From positions 1 to 48,950 of the forward strand of contig SYEA01000048.1 of assembly GCA_005800965.1 (NCBI GenBank): a DNA stretch of 48,950 nt, given 5' to 3'. Below the pieces are notes generated by a model, which was not told where the DNA came from, did not search any database, and was given only the letters and a program-made list of their open reading frames with translations. Of the stretch, positions 26,177-34,966 are shown piece by piece. The DNA comes from Actinomycetota bacterium (GTDB taxonomy: Bacteria; Actinomycetota; Acidimicrobiia; Acidimicrobiales; Ilumatobacteraceae). The position numbers and the translations under genes were made by a program. Each line of letters begins with the position of its first letter. Position 1 is the first letter of the stretch.

Positions 26177-27336
26177 CCAGCCCGATTCATCCATCGCGGC
26201 CATCACCTCTTGATTCGCTGCGCGCTTTCGTGCGTCGCCGTCGACCACGGCGCATGGGGGTTCGGTCGCGAATTCTGGCCACGTTCGTCGTCGGCTCACT
26301 GTTGTTGTCAGGCGTGCTGTTTTTTCTCACCTTCACACTCACTCGCACGAACCTGCGGGAGCAAGAGGGCGAACTGGGTTTGAGCAACGATCTCATCAAC
26401 GAGACCCTCAACAGCGTGCGAGCATCATTGATTTTGGCAACAATCATCACGGTGCTCGTCGGGTTGATGCTCGGCATTGTGTCGAGCGAGCGAGTGGTGC
26501 GTCCGCTGGCTGGCGCCGCCAACGCCGCACGTGCCATCGCCGATGGCCGACTTGACACACGACTCGAGCCCACTGACGACCCGGATCTCAACGCCCTCAC
26601 CGAATCGTTCAACGACATGGTGGCTCGTTTGCAGGATCGCGTCGAGCGTGACGCGCGGTTTGCATCAGACGTGAGCCACGAGTTACGTTCACCATTGATG
26701 ACCTTGGCTGCGTCAGTAGAGGTGATGGTGTCGCGGCGCGACGAACTGCCCGAGCGCGGGCAGGCCGCCCTCGACTTGTTGGTTGCCGATGTGGCTCGGT
26801 TCAGCAGTCTCGTTGAAGACCTCTTGGAGATCTCCCGCTACGACGCTGGCGCAGTGCGAATCATGCGCGATCAGTTGCGCGTCGCAGAGTTTGTCGAACA
26901 AGCCGTGCGCGCGAGCACACTCGCCCGCTCGCCGATTCACATCGACCAACGCTGCACAACCACCACATTGAGCGGTGACCGCCGCCGCCTGGCTCGCGTC
27001 GTAGCCAATCTCATCGACAACGCTCGTTTGCACGGTGGCGGCAGTGCTTCAGTGCATGTCTGCCCGGCTGCCGATTCAAACTCCCACGTGTGGATTGTCG
27101 TCGAGGACGCCGGCGAAGGCGTCGTAGACACCGATACTGATCGAATTTTCGAACGTTTTTCGCGCGGTGTGGGCGCCAGCAAACGCGGCGCATCGGAGGG
27201 TGCTGGGCTCGGGCTCGCCCTCGTGCGCGAGCACGTGCGACTGCATGGAGGACGCGTGTGGGCAGAGTCGCGCCGTGACGGTGAGTCGGGTGCGCGTTTC
27301 ATCGTCGAATTGGTCTGCGAGACCGCCGCGCCATGA
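26173..27336 (+). CDS. sensor histidine kinase (two TM helices, about 27-aa outer loop, HAMP, HisKA, HATPase)
   Basis: H-box FASDVSHELRSPL, N-box NLIDNARLHGG, G-boxes EDAGEGV and GAGLGLALV. 4-nt overlap with the regulator gene. Confidence 0.92.
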   Translation: MTSPIHPSRPSPLDSLRAFVRRRRPRRMGVRSRILATFVVGSLLLSGVLFFLTFTLTRTNLREQEGELGLSNDLINETLNSVRASLILATIITVLVGLMLGIVSSERVVRPLAGAANAARAIADGRLDTRLEPTDDPDLNALTESFNDMVARLQDRVERDARFASDVSHELRSPLMTLAASVEVMVSRRDELPERGQAALDLLVADVARFSSLVEDLLEISRYDAGAVRIMRDQLRVAEFVEQAVRASTLARSPIHIDQRCTTTTLSGDRRRLARVVANLIDNARLHGGGSASVHVCPAADSNSHVWIVVEDAGEGVVDTDTDRIFERFSRGVGASKRGASEGAGLGLALVREHVRLHGGRVWAESRRDGESGARFIVELVCETAAP

Positions 27337-27436
27337 CACTTAGACCATGACGACTAGACCATGACGACTAGACCATGACGACTAGACCATGACGACTAGA
27401 CCATGACGACTAGACCATGACGACTAGACCATGACA
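27331..27436 (+). repeat. 14-bp tandem repeat (TAGACCATGACGAC): six perfect copies plus a degenerate copy at each edge
   Basis: Perfect units at 27341, 27355, 27369, 27383, 27397 and 27411. The left partial copy (27331-27340) contains the kinase stop codon. The right partial copy (27425-27436) contains the glpK ATG. ATGs recur every 14 nt from 27333 to 27431. Confidence 0.97.
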
Positions 27437-28939
27437 GCCGGCGCAACTTCCGCAGGTGTAGTGCTGGCCATTGACGCAGGCACCACGGGCGTGCGCACCC
27501 GTGCGGTGTTCGCCGATGCGCGACCCTCGATCGCCGACTATCGCGAGTTCACCCAGCACTACCCACGACCAGGCTGGGTCGAACACGACGCCGAAGAAAT
27601 TTGGCAGGCAGTGCGCGCCACTATGCAATCAGTGTGTGCGCAAATCAACGAGCCGATTGCCGCGATTGGTATCACCAATCAACGTGAAACCGTGGTGGCC
27701 TTCAACCGCCGTACGGGTGAGCCGCTCCATCGTGCGATTGTCTGGCAGGACCGCCGCACGGCTGCCCGCTGCGACATGCTCACCGACCAGTTGTCGGTCG
27801 TTCGTTCAACAACGGGATTGGTACTTGATCCATATTTTTCAGGTTCAAAAATGGAGTGGTTGTTGCACAACACCGAGATTGGTAGCAACCCTGATTTGGC
27901 TTTTGCCACGATTGACGCATTTCTCATCCACCGCCTCACCGGCGGTGCGGCGTTTGCCACTGATGTTTCCAATGCGTCACGCACCATGCTGTTTGACATC
28001 CGCGCCTTGCGCTGGAGCCCAGAGATGTGTGCAATGTTCGGTGTCAACATCGATTCGCTACCGCAGGTTGTGCCGTCTAGCGCACGCATCGGGGTGACTG
28101 TTGGTGACGGTGCGATTCCGGCGGGTGTGGCAATTAGTGGTGTTGCCGGCGACCAACAGGCAGCACTTTTCGGTCAAGCGTGCTTTGCAGTAGGCAGCGC
28201 CAAGAACACGTATGGCACCGGCAGTTTCGTGCTGCTAAATGTTGGCACCTCGTGCCCTGCCCCTACCTCGGGCATGCTCACCACCGTTGCCTGGCAACTC
28301 GGCAGCGAGCCGGCGGTGTACGCACTTGAAGGAGCCATCTTTGTGACCGGTGCAGCAGTGCAATGGTTGCGCGACGGCCTCGACATCATTTCTGCGGCAA
28401 GTGAGCTTGGCCCGTTAGCAGAGTCCGTTGCCGACACGGGCGGAGTCGTGCTCGTGCCCGCATTCACCGGGCTGGGTAGCCCCTGGTGGGACCCATATGC
28501 GCGCGGTGCAATCTTGGGCATTACACGCGGCACCACACGGGCCCACATCGCTCGCGCCGTGGTGGAGTCGATGGTGTTTCAAACTCGCGACGTGATCGAC
28601 GCCATGACTCGTGCTTCTGGCGTGGCGATTCGAGATTTGCGAGTCGACGGCGGCGCGGCAGTCATGAACCTGATGCTGCAAATGCAAGCTGACCAGCTTG
28701 ATGTCGACGTGTTGCGGCCAACCGAGTTGGAAACCACGGCCATGGGTGCGGCATATCTTGCCGGGCTGGCCGAGGGTGTTTGGGGTTCAACTGATGACAT
28801 CGCAGCACGATGGGTGCTCGAGCGCCGATTTACACCGAGCGCTGAAAGCGGCACCGGTAAGAGCACCGCCGCAGACCGCGACGAAGCGCATGCGTTGTGG
28901 CTGCGTGGTGTCGAGCGGTCACGCGGCTGGGTGAGTTAA
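27431..28939 (+). CDS. glpK: glycerol kinase
   Basis: VLAIDAGTTGVR, HYPRPGWVEHDAEEIW, ITNQRETVVAFNRRTGEPLHRAIVWQDRRTA, LDPYFSGSKMEWLL and GVAGDQQAALFGQ. All canonical GlpK substrate and ATP blocks are present. Confidence 0.95.
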   Translation: MTAGATSAGVVLAIDAGTTGVRTRAVFADARPSIADYREFTQHYPRPGWVEHDAEEIWQAVRATMQSVCAQINEPIAAIGITNQRETVVAFNRRTGEPLHRAIVWQDRRTAARCDMLTDQLSVVRSTTGLVLDPYFSGSKMEWLLHNTEIGSNPDLAFATIDAFLIHRLTGGAAFATDVSNASRTMLFDIRALRWSPEMCAMFGVNIDSLPQVVPSSARIGVTVGDGAIPAGVAISGVAGDQQAALFGQACFAVGSAKNTYGTGSFVLLNVGTSCPAPTSGMLTTVAWQLGSEPAVYALEGAIFVTGAAVQWLRDGLDIISAASELGPLAESVADTGGVVLVPAFTGLGSPWWDPYARGAILGITRGTTRAHIARAVVESMVFQTRDVIDAMTRASGVAIRDLRVDGGAAVMNLMLQMQADQLDVDVLRPTELETTAMGAAYLAGLAEGVWGSTDDIAARWVLERRFTPSAESGTGKSTAADRDEAHALWLRGVERSRGWVS

Positions 28940-29409
28940 CGCCCGGTCACTTCGAACATGGCCACCATCAAACTGCCCAGCCCAACAAAGAGCGAGAGCC
29001 CCGTGACGATGATGGTCGAGCGAAGGTTGCCAAGGCGTCGCACCTCTTCCTGCAGCGACTCCACACGCTGACTCAGCGCATCAATCCTGGCGTCCAAGCG
29101 CGCGCCAAGCGCATCGATTTGGGCATCCACACGCTGACTCAGCGCATCGATCTTGGTGTCTAAGCGTGCACCAAGCGCATCGATTTTTGCATCCAAGCGT
29201 GCACCAAGTGCATCGATCTTGGAGTCCAGCCGACGCTCTGTCGCTTCAAGATCAGACTTGCGCACCAAGTCCCCCCATCCACTCGGCGGAAGAAAATCAA
29301 TCAACTCATCGGCCACGTCGACACCGATGACTTTTTCCAAAGACCGATGGAGCCGTAGCCGCTTGGCGTCGGGCGAAGGGGTGGATTCTGTCGTTTCGTG
29401 GGTGTCCAT
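28936..29409 (-). CDS. tail-anchored coiled-coil protein built from 11-residue repeats
   Basis: Five consecutive hendecads plus a sixth degenerate one: RLDSKIDALGA / RLDAKIDALGA / RLDTKIDALSQ / RVDAQIDALGA / RLDARIDALSQ / RVESLQEEVRR. A single C-terminal TM helix (TIIVTGLSLFVGLGSLMVAMF) follows, with only 6 residues after it. ATG 29409 chosen; alternative ATG at 29469. Confidence 0.7.
   Translation of the reverse strand: MDTHETTESTPSPDAKRLRLHRSLEKVIGVDVADELIDFLPPSGWGDLVRKSDLEATERRLDSKIDALGARLDAKIDALGARLDTKIDALSQRVDAQIDALGARLDARIDALSQRVESLQEEVRRLGNLRSTIIVTGLSLFVGLGSLMVAMFEVTGR
29035..29232 (-). repeat. 33-bp in-frame tandem repeat (66-bp higher-order unit) inside the tail-anchored protein gene
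   Basis: Plus-strand units at 29068, 29101, 29134, 29167 and 29200. Alternate units are closest to each other: 29068 and 29134 differ at only about 4 of 33 positions, and 29101 vs 29167 are also close. Confidence 0.9.
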
Positions 29410-29472
29410 ATCTACATGTGTGCCTGGCTGCCCAATAATCGGTAAGCAATTTTGGGGCGGCCACGGCATCGC

Positions 29473-29500
29473 ACCATAGACCTCTCACGAACATTGTCAA
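29473..29500 (-). promoter_or_regulatory. candidate sigma-70/SigA-type promoter for the tail-anchored protein gene
   Basis: On the minus strand, TTGACA (29500..29495), a 16-nt spacer, then TATGGT (29478..29473). Sequence match only. Confidence 0.3.
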
Positions 29501-29545
29501 GTCATTGACCCCATCCAACTCTGCTCGGCCCTAGCGGCCGGCGGC

Positions 29546-30760
29546 CTACAACTTTGGCAAGCCGTGATCAAGGTTGCGCACTGCCTGATGAATGCGCTGC
29601 TCGTTTTCAATCAGAGCGAACCGCACGAAGCCCTCGCCGCCTGGCCCAAAGCCTGAACCTGGCGAGAGTGCCACATTGCATTCAGTCACGAGATGTGAAC
29701 AGAACTCCACAGCGTTCATTTCGCGATAGGGCTCGGGAATCGGCGCCCACACAAACATCGAACCGCGTGGTGACGGAATCGACCAACCGATGCGATCGAG
29801 TCCATCAATGAGCGCGTCACGACGCGACTCGTACGTCTTGCACACTTCGACAGGAAAGTCATGGGCTTCGTTCAATGTGACCGTGGCGGCAATCTGAATC
29901 GGCTGAAACGAGCCGTAGTCGAGATACGACTTCAGTTTCACCAATGCCTGCACGACCTCGGTGTTGCCGACGAGGAACGCGCATCGCCAGCCGGCCATCG
30001 AATACCCCTTGGTCATCGAATACAGCTCAACGGCGCAATCCAATGCGCCGTCTGCCTGCAAAATCGATGGCGGCTCGTAGCCGTTGAACCCCATATCGGC
30101 GTAGGCAAAATCGTGTACCACGATCATCTCTCGCTCACGACAAAAATCGACGACGCGTTGCATGAACGACAAATCCACGGTGGCGCCGGTCGGGTTATGT
30201 GGAAACGAAATCACCAAGACACGTGGCTTGGGCCAACCCACTTCCCATGCCTTTTGCAATGAGTCAAAGAATTCATCCTGATATTCAACATCGACATCGG
30301 TGGCCGAAAGCAACCGCCTCTGGCTGCGCATCGGAATCTGTCGCAGGTCGGCTCCCGCAAATAGCGGTCCGAAAATGTGAATTGGATAACTGGGGCTCGG
30401 CACGATGGCTGCATCCCCGGATTCGAGCAACACCCACATCAGGTGGCTGAAGCCTTCTTTTGATCCGATCGTGTTGGTGATCTGCAGTTCAGGATCGAGT
30501 GTTACGCCAAACTTGCGCAGATACATGCCAGCGACGGCCTCGCGCAATTTAGGCAAGCCGCGGGACAGCGAGTACCGGTGATTTTTCGGGTTATGGGCCG
30601 CTTCCACGAGTTTTTCCACCGCGATTTCGGGCGACGGAATATCGGGATTACCGAAACCGAGGTCGATTACATCGTCACCCTCACGACGCGCTGTGATCTT
30701 CAGGTTGTTGATGATGGTGAACACATACGGCGGCAGGCTGCTGATGCGTCGAAAATCCAT
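29546..30760 (-). CDS. class I/II PLP-dependent aminotransferase (alanine/aspartate aminotransferase-like)
   Basis: RISSLPPYVFTIINNLK...IDLGFGNPD N-terminal block and PLP-lysine context YSMTKGYSMAGWRCAF. Confidence 0.88.
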   Translation of the reverse strand: MDFRRISSLPPYVFTIINNLKITARREGDDVIDLGFGNPDIPSPEIAVEKLVEAAHNPKNHRYSLSRGLPKLREAVAGMYLRKFGVTLDPELQITNTIGSKEGFSHLMWVLLESGDAAIVPSPSYPIHIFGPLFAGADLRQIPMRSQRRLLSATDVDVEYQDEFFDSLQKAWEVGWPKPRVLVISFPHNPTGATVDLSFMQRVVDFCREREMIVVHDFAYADMGFNGYEPPSILQADGALDCAVELYSMTKGYSMAGWRCAFLVGNTEVVQALVKLKSYLDYGSFQPIQIAATVTLNEAHDFPVEVCKTYESRRDALIDGLDRIGWSIPSPRGSMFVWAPIPEPYREMNAVEFCSHLVTECNVALSPGSGFGPGGEGFVRFALIENEQRIHQAVRNLDHGLPKL

Positions 30761-30769
30761 GGCGTAATC

Positions 30770-31654
30770 CTAAACACCGAACTGCGGTAACAACGCCGCA
30801 CCGATCGCCCCGGCGTACTCACCCAATTGGGCCAGACGCAAAGCAGGATGAGTGCGCTGCTCGGGCGAATACAGCGTGTCAGCAAACCACCGCTGCACCA
30901 TCGGCATCACGATGTCACCGGCACCCGAAACTCCGCCACCAATCACGATGACATCCGGATCGCTCAAGTTGGTGAGGTTTGACAGCCCGACTGCCACCCA
31001 TTGGGCATACGACTCGAGCACTGTCATCGCAGCTGTATCACCCGTGCGGGCCCGCGCAATCACGTCTTCGCCGGGCTCACCACCAGCCAACATGCGCAGG
31101 CCGCGGCCCGAGGCATACACCTCCCAGCAACCGCTGCGACCACATGTGCACTGCGGGCCTTGCGGGTGCACCATCATGTGGCCGATTTCGCCGGCGAAAC
31201 CGTTGACCCCACGCTGCACGACGCCATTCAACACATGCCCACCACCGATACCGGTGCCGAGCGTGACCATCCACATGTTTCGTGCGCCGCGGCCGGCACC
31301 GTATCGCCACTCCGCCAAGGCAGCCGCGTTGCCGTCGTTGTCTACATATACGCGTCGCCCAAGTCGCGCAGACAAGTCGGGCCCCACTGCAACATCAACC
31401 GAGCCCACGATGTTCGGCGATGCGCGCATTACCCCGTGCAACGTGATGAGCCCAGGTATGCCAACGCCAATCGTTGCGACCTCACCTAACTCGCCAGCCA
31501 CATTGGCGAGAGTGTCGACTAGTGCCGACGCATGCGGCGTTGCGTACCGCACTTGAGCGAGGAGGTCTTGCTCGCCGTTGACATCACGATCAATGTCGAT
31601 AACCACGCCGAGACACTTGGTGCCCCCAACGTCGATTCCCGCGACGCGGGTCAC
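30770..31654 (-). CDS. ROK-family glucokinase-like kinase
   Basis: GIDVGGTKCLG and the ROK Zn motif GHMMVHPQGPQCTCGRSGCWE. Confidence 0.85.
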   Translation of the reverse strand: MTRVAGIDVGGTKCLGVVIDIDRDVNGEQDLLAQVRYATPHASALVDTLANVAGELGEVATIGVGIPGLITLHGVMRASPNIVGSVDVAVGPDLSARLGRRVYVDNDGNAAALAEWRYGAGRGARNMWMVTLGTGIGGGHVLNGVVQRGVNGFAGEIGHMMVHPQGPQCTCGRSGCWEVYASGRGLRMLAGGEPGEDVIARARTGDTAAMTVLESYAQWVAVGLSNLTNLSDPDVIVIGGGVSGAGDIVMPMVQRWFADTLYSPEQRTHPALRLAQLGEYAGAIGAALLPQFGV

Positions 31655-32082
31655 GACTCAGCGCGAATTTTCAATTCTTTCAAAGTGTGCAGGATGCGCA
31701 CTTCGGCACGACGCTTAACGAAACCTGGTAGCGGCACGATGAGCTCAATCTTGAGTGAATACGTGATGTCGGTGCCATTGCCCTCGGGCACGAAGGTGTA
31801 AGCCCCGTCGATTACCCGCATGATGTCACCATCAACGAGCGACCACGAAATACGCTCCGGTGCCTGCGAGTAGTCGTAGGCCAACGTGTAATGAGTGCTG
31901 CGACCGAGGGCACTGGCGCGATATTCGACTTTGACCGCACGACCCGTGGCATCGCGCTCAAGCACATTGGCTTCTTTTACGTCACGAGCCCATTCGGGGT
32001 AACGCTCGAAATCCACTGCAATATCAAAACAATGCGCCGGGTTGGCCGCAACGTGTTCGGTTTCGGTTGCCTGGTCAATCAC
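31651..32082 (-). CDS. SRPBCC (START/cyclase-dehydrase fold) protein
   Basis: 143 aa. FDIAVDFERYPEWARDVKEANVLERD... is typical of the polyketide_cyc2/SRPBCC family. 4-nt overlap with the downstream ROK gene. Confidence 0.7.
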   Translation of the reverse strand: MIDQATETEHVAANPAHCFDIAVDFERYPEWARDVKEANVLERDATGRAVKVEYRASALGRSTHYTLAYDYSQAPERISWSLVDGDIMRVIDGAYTFVPEGNGTDITYSLKIELIVPLPGFVKRRAEVRILHTLKELKIRAES

Positions 32083-32124
32083 GCTCGCAAGGCTAGTTGA
32101 CGCTTCCCAGCCGACAAGGTCGGG

Positions 32125-33279
32125 TCAAGATTGCAGCATGGCGGTGAGCCGAGCCACTAGCACCGAGTAGTCGAACTCGCCCACCGCACGAGCCCGTGCC
32201 GCCATGCCCATCGAAGTGCGTGTCGCTGAATCCCCCAGCAAGGCCGATAGCCGTGCCGCAATATCGTCAACGTTGCGCGGGTTACGCACTACATAACCCG
32301 TGCTGCCGTCGACCACTGCTTCGGCTGCCCCGCCACTGTCGCCAGCAATCTGTGGCACCGCACAAGCAGCAGCTTCAGCAAACACGATGCCAAATCCTTC
32401 TTGCTCCAGCCCACCCCAACGATTACGACACAGCATCATGAACGCGTCGGCACAGCCATACAGGCCAGGGAGGTCAGCATCGCTCACACGACCGAGCAGT
32501 CGCACCGGTGCGCGCAGCTCATCGATGATGCTTTGCAGACGATCATGATCGCGACCCGTGCCACCAATCAGCATGGTGATGCCGTCAAGATTACGAGCCA
32601 CTTGGGCCACTGCCCGAATCGCAACGTCAAAACCTTTGCGGGGCACCAAACGACTCACCCCCACCACCAGTGGTGCATGTGCTGCCACGCCGAACTTTTC
32701 TCGGGCTGCGCGTCGCCCAGAGTCATCGAGCGGCACAAAGCGTTGAGTGTCGACCCCAGGTGGAATCTGCACCACATCCAGCGCACCGCGCTTGCCACCC
32801 TGCTTACCACCCCACACACCACCTGCTGCCCGCACTGCTTCGCTGGCTGGGTAACTCCCCGATGCGAACACGTGCGTTGCACCACGCAGCACATGGGCAA
32901 GCGCTTGGCGTGAGGCCGGCAGACGGCCAGGCACCGAGATCTCTGCGCCATGCACCATCACGCTGTAGGGCAGCGATAACGACCGCCCCACCAACCCCAG
33001 CGGCAACGCCGGGTCAACTACCACGTGTTCGGCACCAAAGTCGCGCGCCAAGCGTTCGATGCGTCGCACCATCATCGGGTGCGGCAACAGCACAGGCTCG
33101 CGGGTGCGCTCGATACGAAATGCTTGGCGTGCATCGAACTCTGCTGCATCTGCATGAGGGCTAGTGAGTACGGCAAATGAACTTGGGTCAAGCCGGCGCC
33201 ACAACTCCCACAGCATGTTCTGGATACCACCTACTTTTGGTGGAAAGTCGTTGGTAACCAGCAGATGCTTCATACGCAC
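32125..33279 (-). CDS. GT4-family glycosyltransferase, PimB'-like mannosyltransferase
   Basis: N-terminal KHLLVTNDFPPKVGGIQNMLWEL, typical of the actinobacterial PimB'/Rv2188c type. C-terminal EX7E region EGFGIVFAEAAACAVPQIAGDSGGAAE. Confidence 0.8.
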   Translation of the reverse strand: MRMKHLLVTNDFPPKVGGIQNMLWELWRRLDPSSFAVLTSPHADAAEFDARQAFRIERTREPVLLPHPMMVRRIERLARDFGAEHVVVDPALPLGLVGRSLSLPYSVMVHGAEISVPGRLPASRQALAHVLRGATHVFASGSYPASEAVRAAGGVWGGKQGGKRGALDVVQIPPGVDTQRFVPLDDSGRRAAREKFGVAAHAPLVVGVSRLVPRKGFDVAIRAVAQVARNLDGITMLIGGTGRDHDRLQSIIDELRAPVRLLGRVSDADLPGLYGCADAFMMLCRNRWGGLEQEGFGIVFAEAAACAVPQIAGDSGGAAEAVVDGSTGYVVRNPRNVDDIAARLSALLGDSATRTSMGMAARARAVGEFDYSVLVARLTAMLQS

Positions 33280-33324
33280 TTACCATCGTGGCACGCGCCG
33301 ACAAGACAGTTAGTCAATGACACG

Positions 33325-34380
33325 TCAGTTGATGAGCAGGTCACGGCGGCCAAGTTTGACAGCGGCCCATTGCGCATGTTCGCGCAACAAGTCATCGTCG
33401 CCATGCAGGTGACGCACGAGTGCCAGGGCCACCTCGTCATCCTCTCCGGCACCACTATTGCCCAAGATAACGAGCGCGTTACGTCGCACCCAACGCGGAT
33501 TGCGGTCTGCCACATACCACCTGCCGACGATGCTCATCACTTCATCGTCGGGTGCGGTGAGTAGTTCGAGGGCGTCGACCACACTGCGTTCGTCGCCAGC
33601 ACTGCGGTCGATTGCGCCACGGCGACTCGGTGGGCACACCTCTTGACACTCATCACATCCATATAGACGTGTGCCGAGTGCGTCTCGGTAGCGCAAGTCG
33701 ACTACTCCAGGTTTTTGGATGAGCCACGCCAGACACTTTCGTGCATCCACCACACCCGGTTCAACAATTGCACCTGTGGGGCAGGCGTCGATACAGCGGG
33801 TGCAAGCACCACAACCGTCGGCAACCACCCGCTCGGTGTGTTGCAATTCTGCGGTGGTTACTACGCACCCCAACACAAACCAACTTCCCAATCCTTCAAC
33901 CAACAAATTTGCATTCTTGCCAAACCAACCGAGACCAGCCCGATATGCAACTTCTCGGTCAACGATGGAGTTGTCGTCAGCAAACACCGTGGCTCGGTGA
34001 CCATCTTGGTGCAGCCGTTTGGCTGCAACACGTAACGCATCACGCAACGGCGCATAGTGGTCTCGCCACGCGTAACGCGCGACGGTTCCAGCGACTACGG
34101 AATCGTTGGTAATGCCGCCATTGCTCACTGCTTGATCGTTGACGAAATACGACCGGGCCGCCACGATGATGCTGCGCGCACCAGGCACCGCCATGGTTGG
34201 CGTGGTCGAACGCTGTGGATTGCGAAACGTGAACTGCATGTCGTCGGCCATCCCCGATGCAATGCGTGCTTCAATTGCTGCTCGTGCTCGCGTCAATGGC
34301 TCGGCAGTCGTGACACCCACTCGGTCGGCCCCCGCTTCACGCACGAGGCGCAACAACTCGTCGGTGTAGTCGTCTTGCAC
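33325..34380 (-). CDS. queG: epoxyqueuosine reductase
   Basis: GLGWFGKNANLL block and two ferredoxin-type Cys motifs (CGACTRCIDACPTGA; CDECQEVCPP). Start tentatively GTG 34380 (VQDDYTDELLRLVREAG); the track ORF continues to 34509. Confidence 0.85.
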   Translation of the reverse strand: MQDDYTDELLRLVREAGADRVGVTTAEPLTRARAAIEARIASGMADDMQFTFRNPQRSTTPTMAVPGARSIIVAARSYFVNDQAVSNGGITNDSVVAGTVARYAWRDHYAPLRDALRVAAKRLHQDGHRATVFADDNSIVDREVAYRAGLGWFGKNANLLVEGLGSWFVLGCVVTTAELQHTERVVADGCGACTRCIDACPTGAIVEPGVVDARKCLAWLIQKPGVVDLRYRDALGTRLYGCDECQEVCPPSRRGAIDRSAGDERSVVDALELLTAPDDEVMSIVGRWYVADRNPRWVRRNALVILGNSGAGEDDEVALALVRHLHGDDDLLREHAQWAAVKLGRRDLLIN

Positions 34381-34426
34381 CGTTCTAGAGGCTACGCAAC
34401 CACACGCATTGCAACGCTGCGGTTGG

Positions 34427-34678
34427 TCAGGCGCTGCGTTGGTGGCGCAAGCCTGGGGTGAGCCCGGCCTTGGCGAGTGCAGCCAAGGTACGCAGCTCTT
34501 CATAGTCAAAAATCACAGCCTCGGGCTCGCCACACAACATTGGCACGATGCAATCGTGACACGCCGCCGAGTCGCGCACCACACAGGTGTCGCACGAAAT
34601 GACGATGCTCACCGTCCGCGGGTCGTCAGACGAAATGCTCGTGGCTGAATTCGGCGCTACTTGGGGGTTGTCTTGCAT
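34427..34678 (-). CDS. small Cys-rich protein (CxxC...CxxC), hypothetical
   Basis: ATG 34678 is preceded by GGTGGA. Sequence MQDNPQVAPN...VISCDTCVVRDSAACHDCIVPMLCGEPEAVIFDYEELRTLAALAKAGLTP. I recall similar small proteins in other actinobacteria, but this was not verified. Confidence 0.5.
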   Translation of the reverse strand: MQDNPQVAPNSATSISSDDPRTVSIVISCDTCVVRDSAACHDCIVPMLCGEPEAVIFDYEELRTLAALAKAGLTPGLRHQRSA

Positions 34679-34778
34679 GTTTCCACCGTGACCAAGGGGT
34701 GTATTGCAGATAGCACACCCCTTCGGCACACTTGCAGTCGTGGATATTCCCATTATTGACATTCTCGACGAAGAGTCG

Positions 34779-34940
34779 ATGCCGTGCGACTACTGCGGCG
34801 CAACGGTGCAGTTCTTTGACGACGACTTTGCTCTCTGCCCAGAATGTGGCAGCGAGTTCTGGAATATGGATTACACAGGCGACGGTCTTGGTGACCCGCC
34901 AAGCACCCTTTATGGAGACCCGCCAAGCACCATTGCTTAA
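34779..34940 (+). CDS. zinc-ribbon-like mini-protein (hypothetical)
   Basis: MPCDYCGATVQFFDDDFALCPECGSEFW (CxxC-x14-CxxC). The C-terminus carries a duplicated GDPPST unit. The upstream part of the track ORF (from 34704) is AT-rich and looks like promoter. Codon bias is only moderate. Confidence 0.35.
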   Translation: MPCDYCGATVQFFDDDFALCPECGSEFWNMDYTGDGLGDPPSTLYGDPPSTIA

Positions 34941-34966
34941 CAAAACATCACACTTGGCTGCGCGGT

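Noticed and set aside
27331-27436. Whether the 14-bp array could be a CRISPR array or a coding repeat.
   Set aside because: The units are contiguous with no spacers, far shorter than CRISPR repeats, and no cas genes are nearby. A period of 14 is not a multiple of 3, and every frame is closed by TAG/TGA in each unit, so it cannot be a protein repeat.
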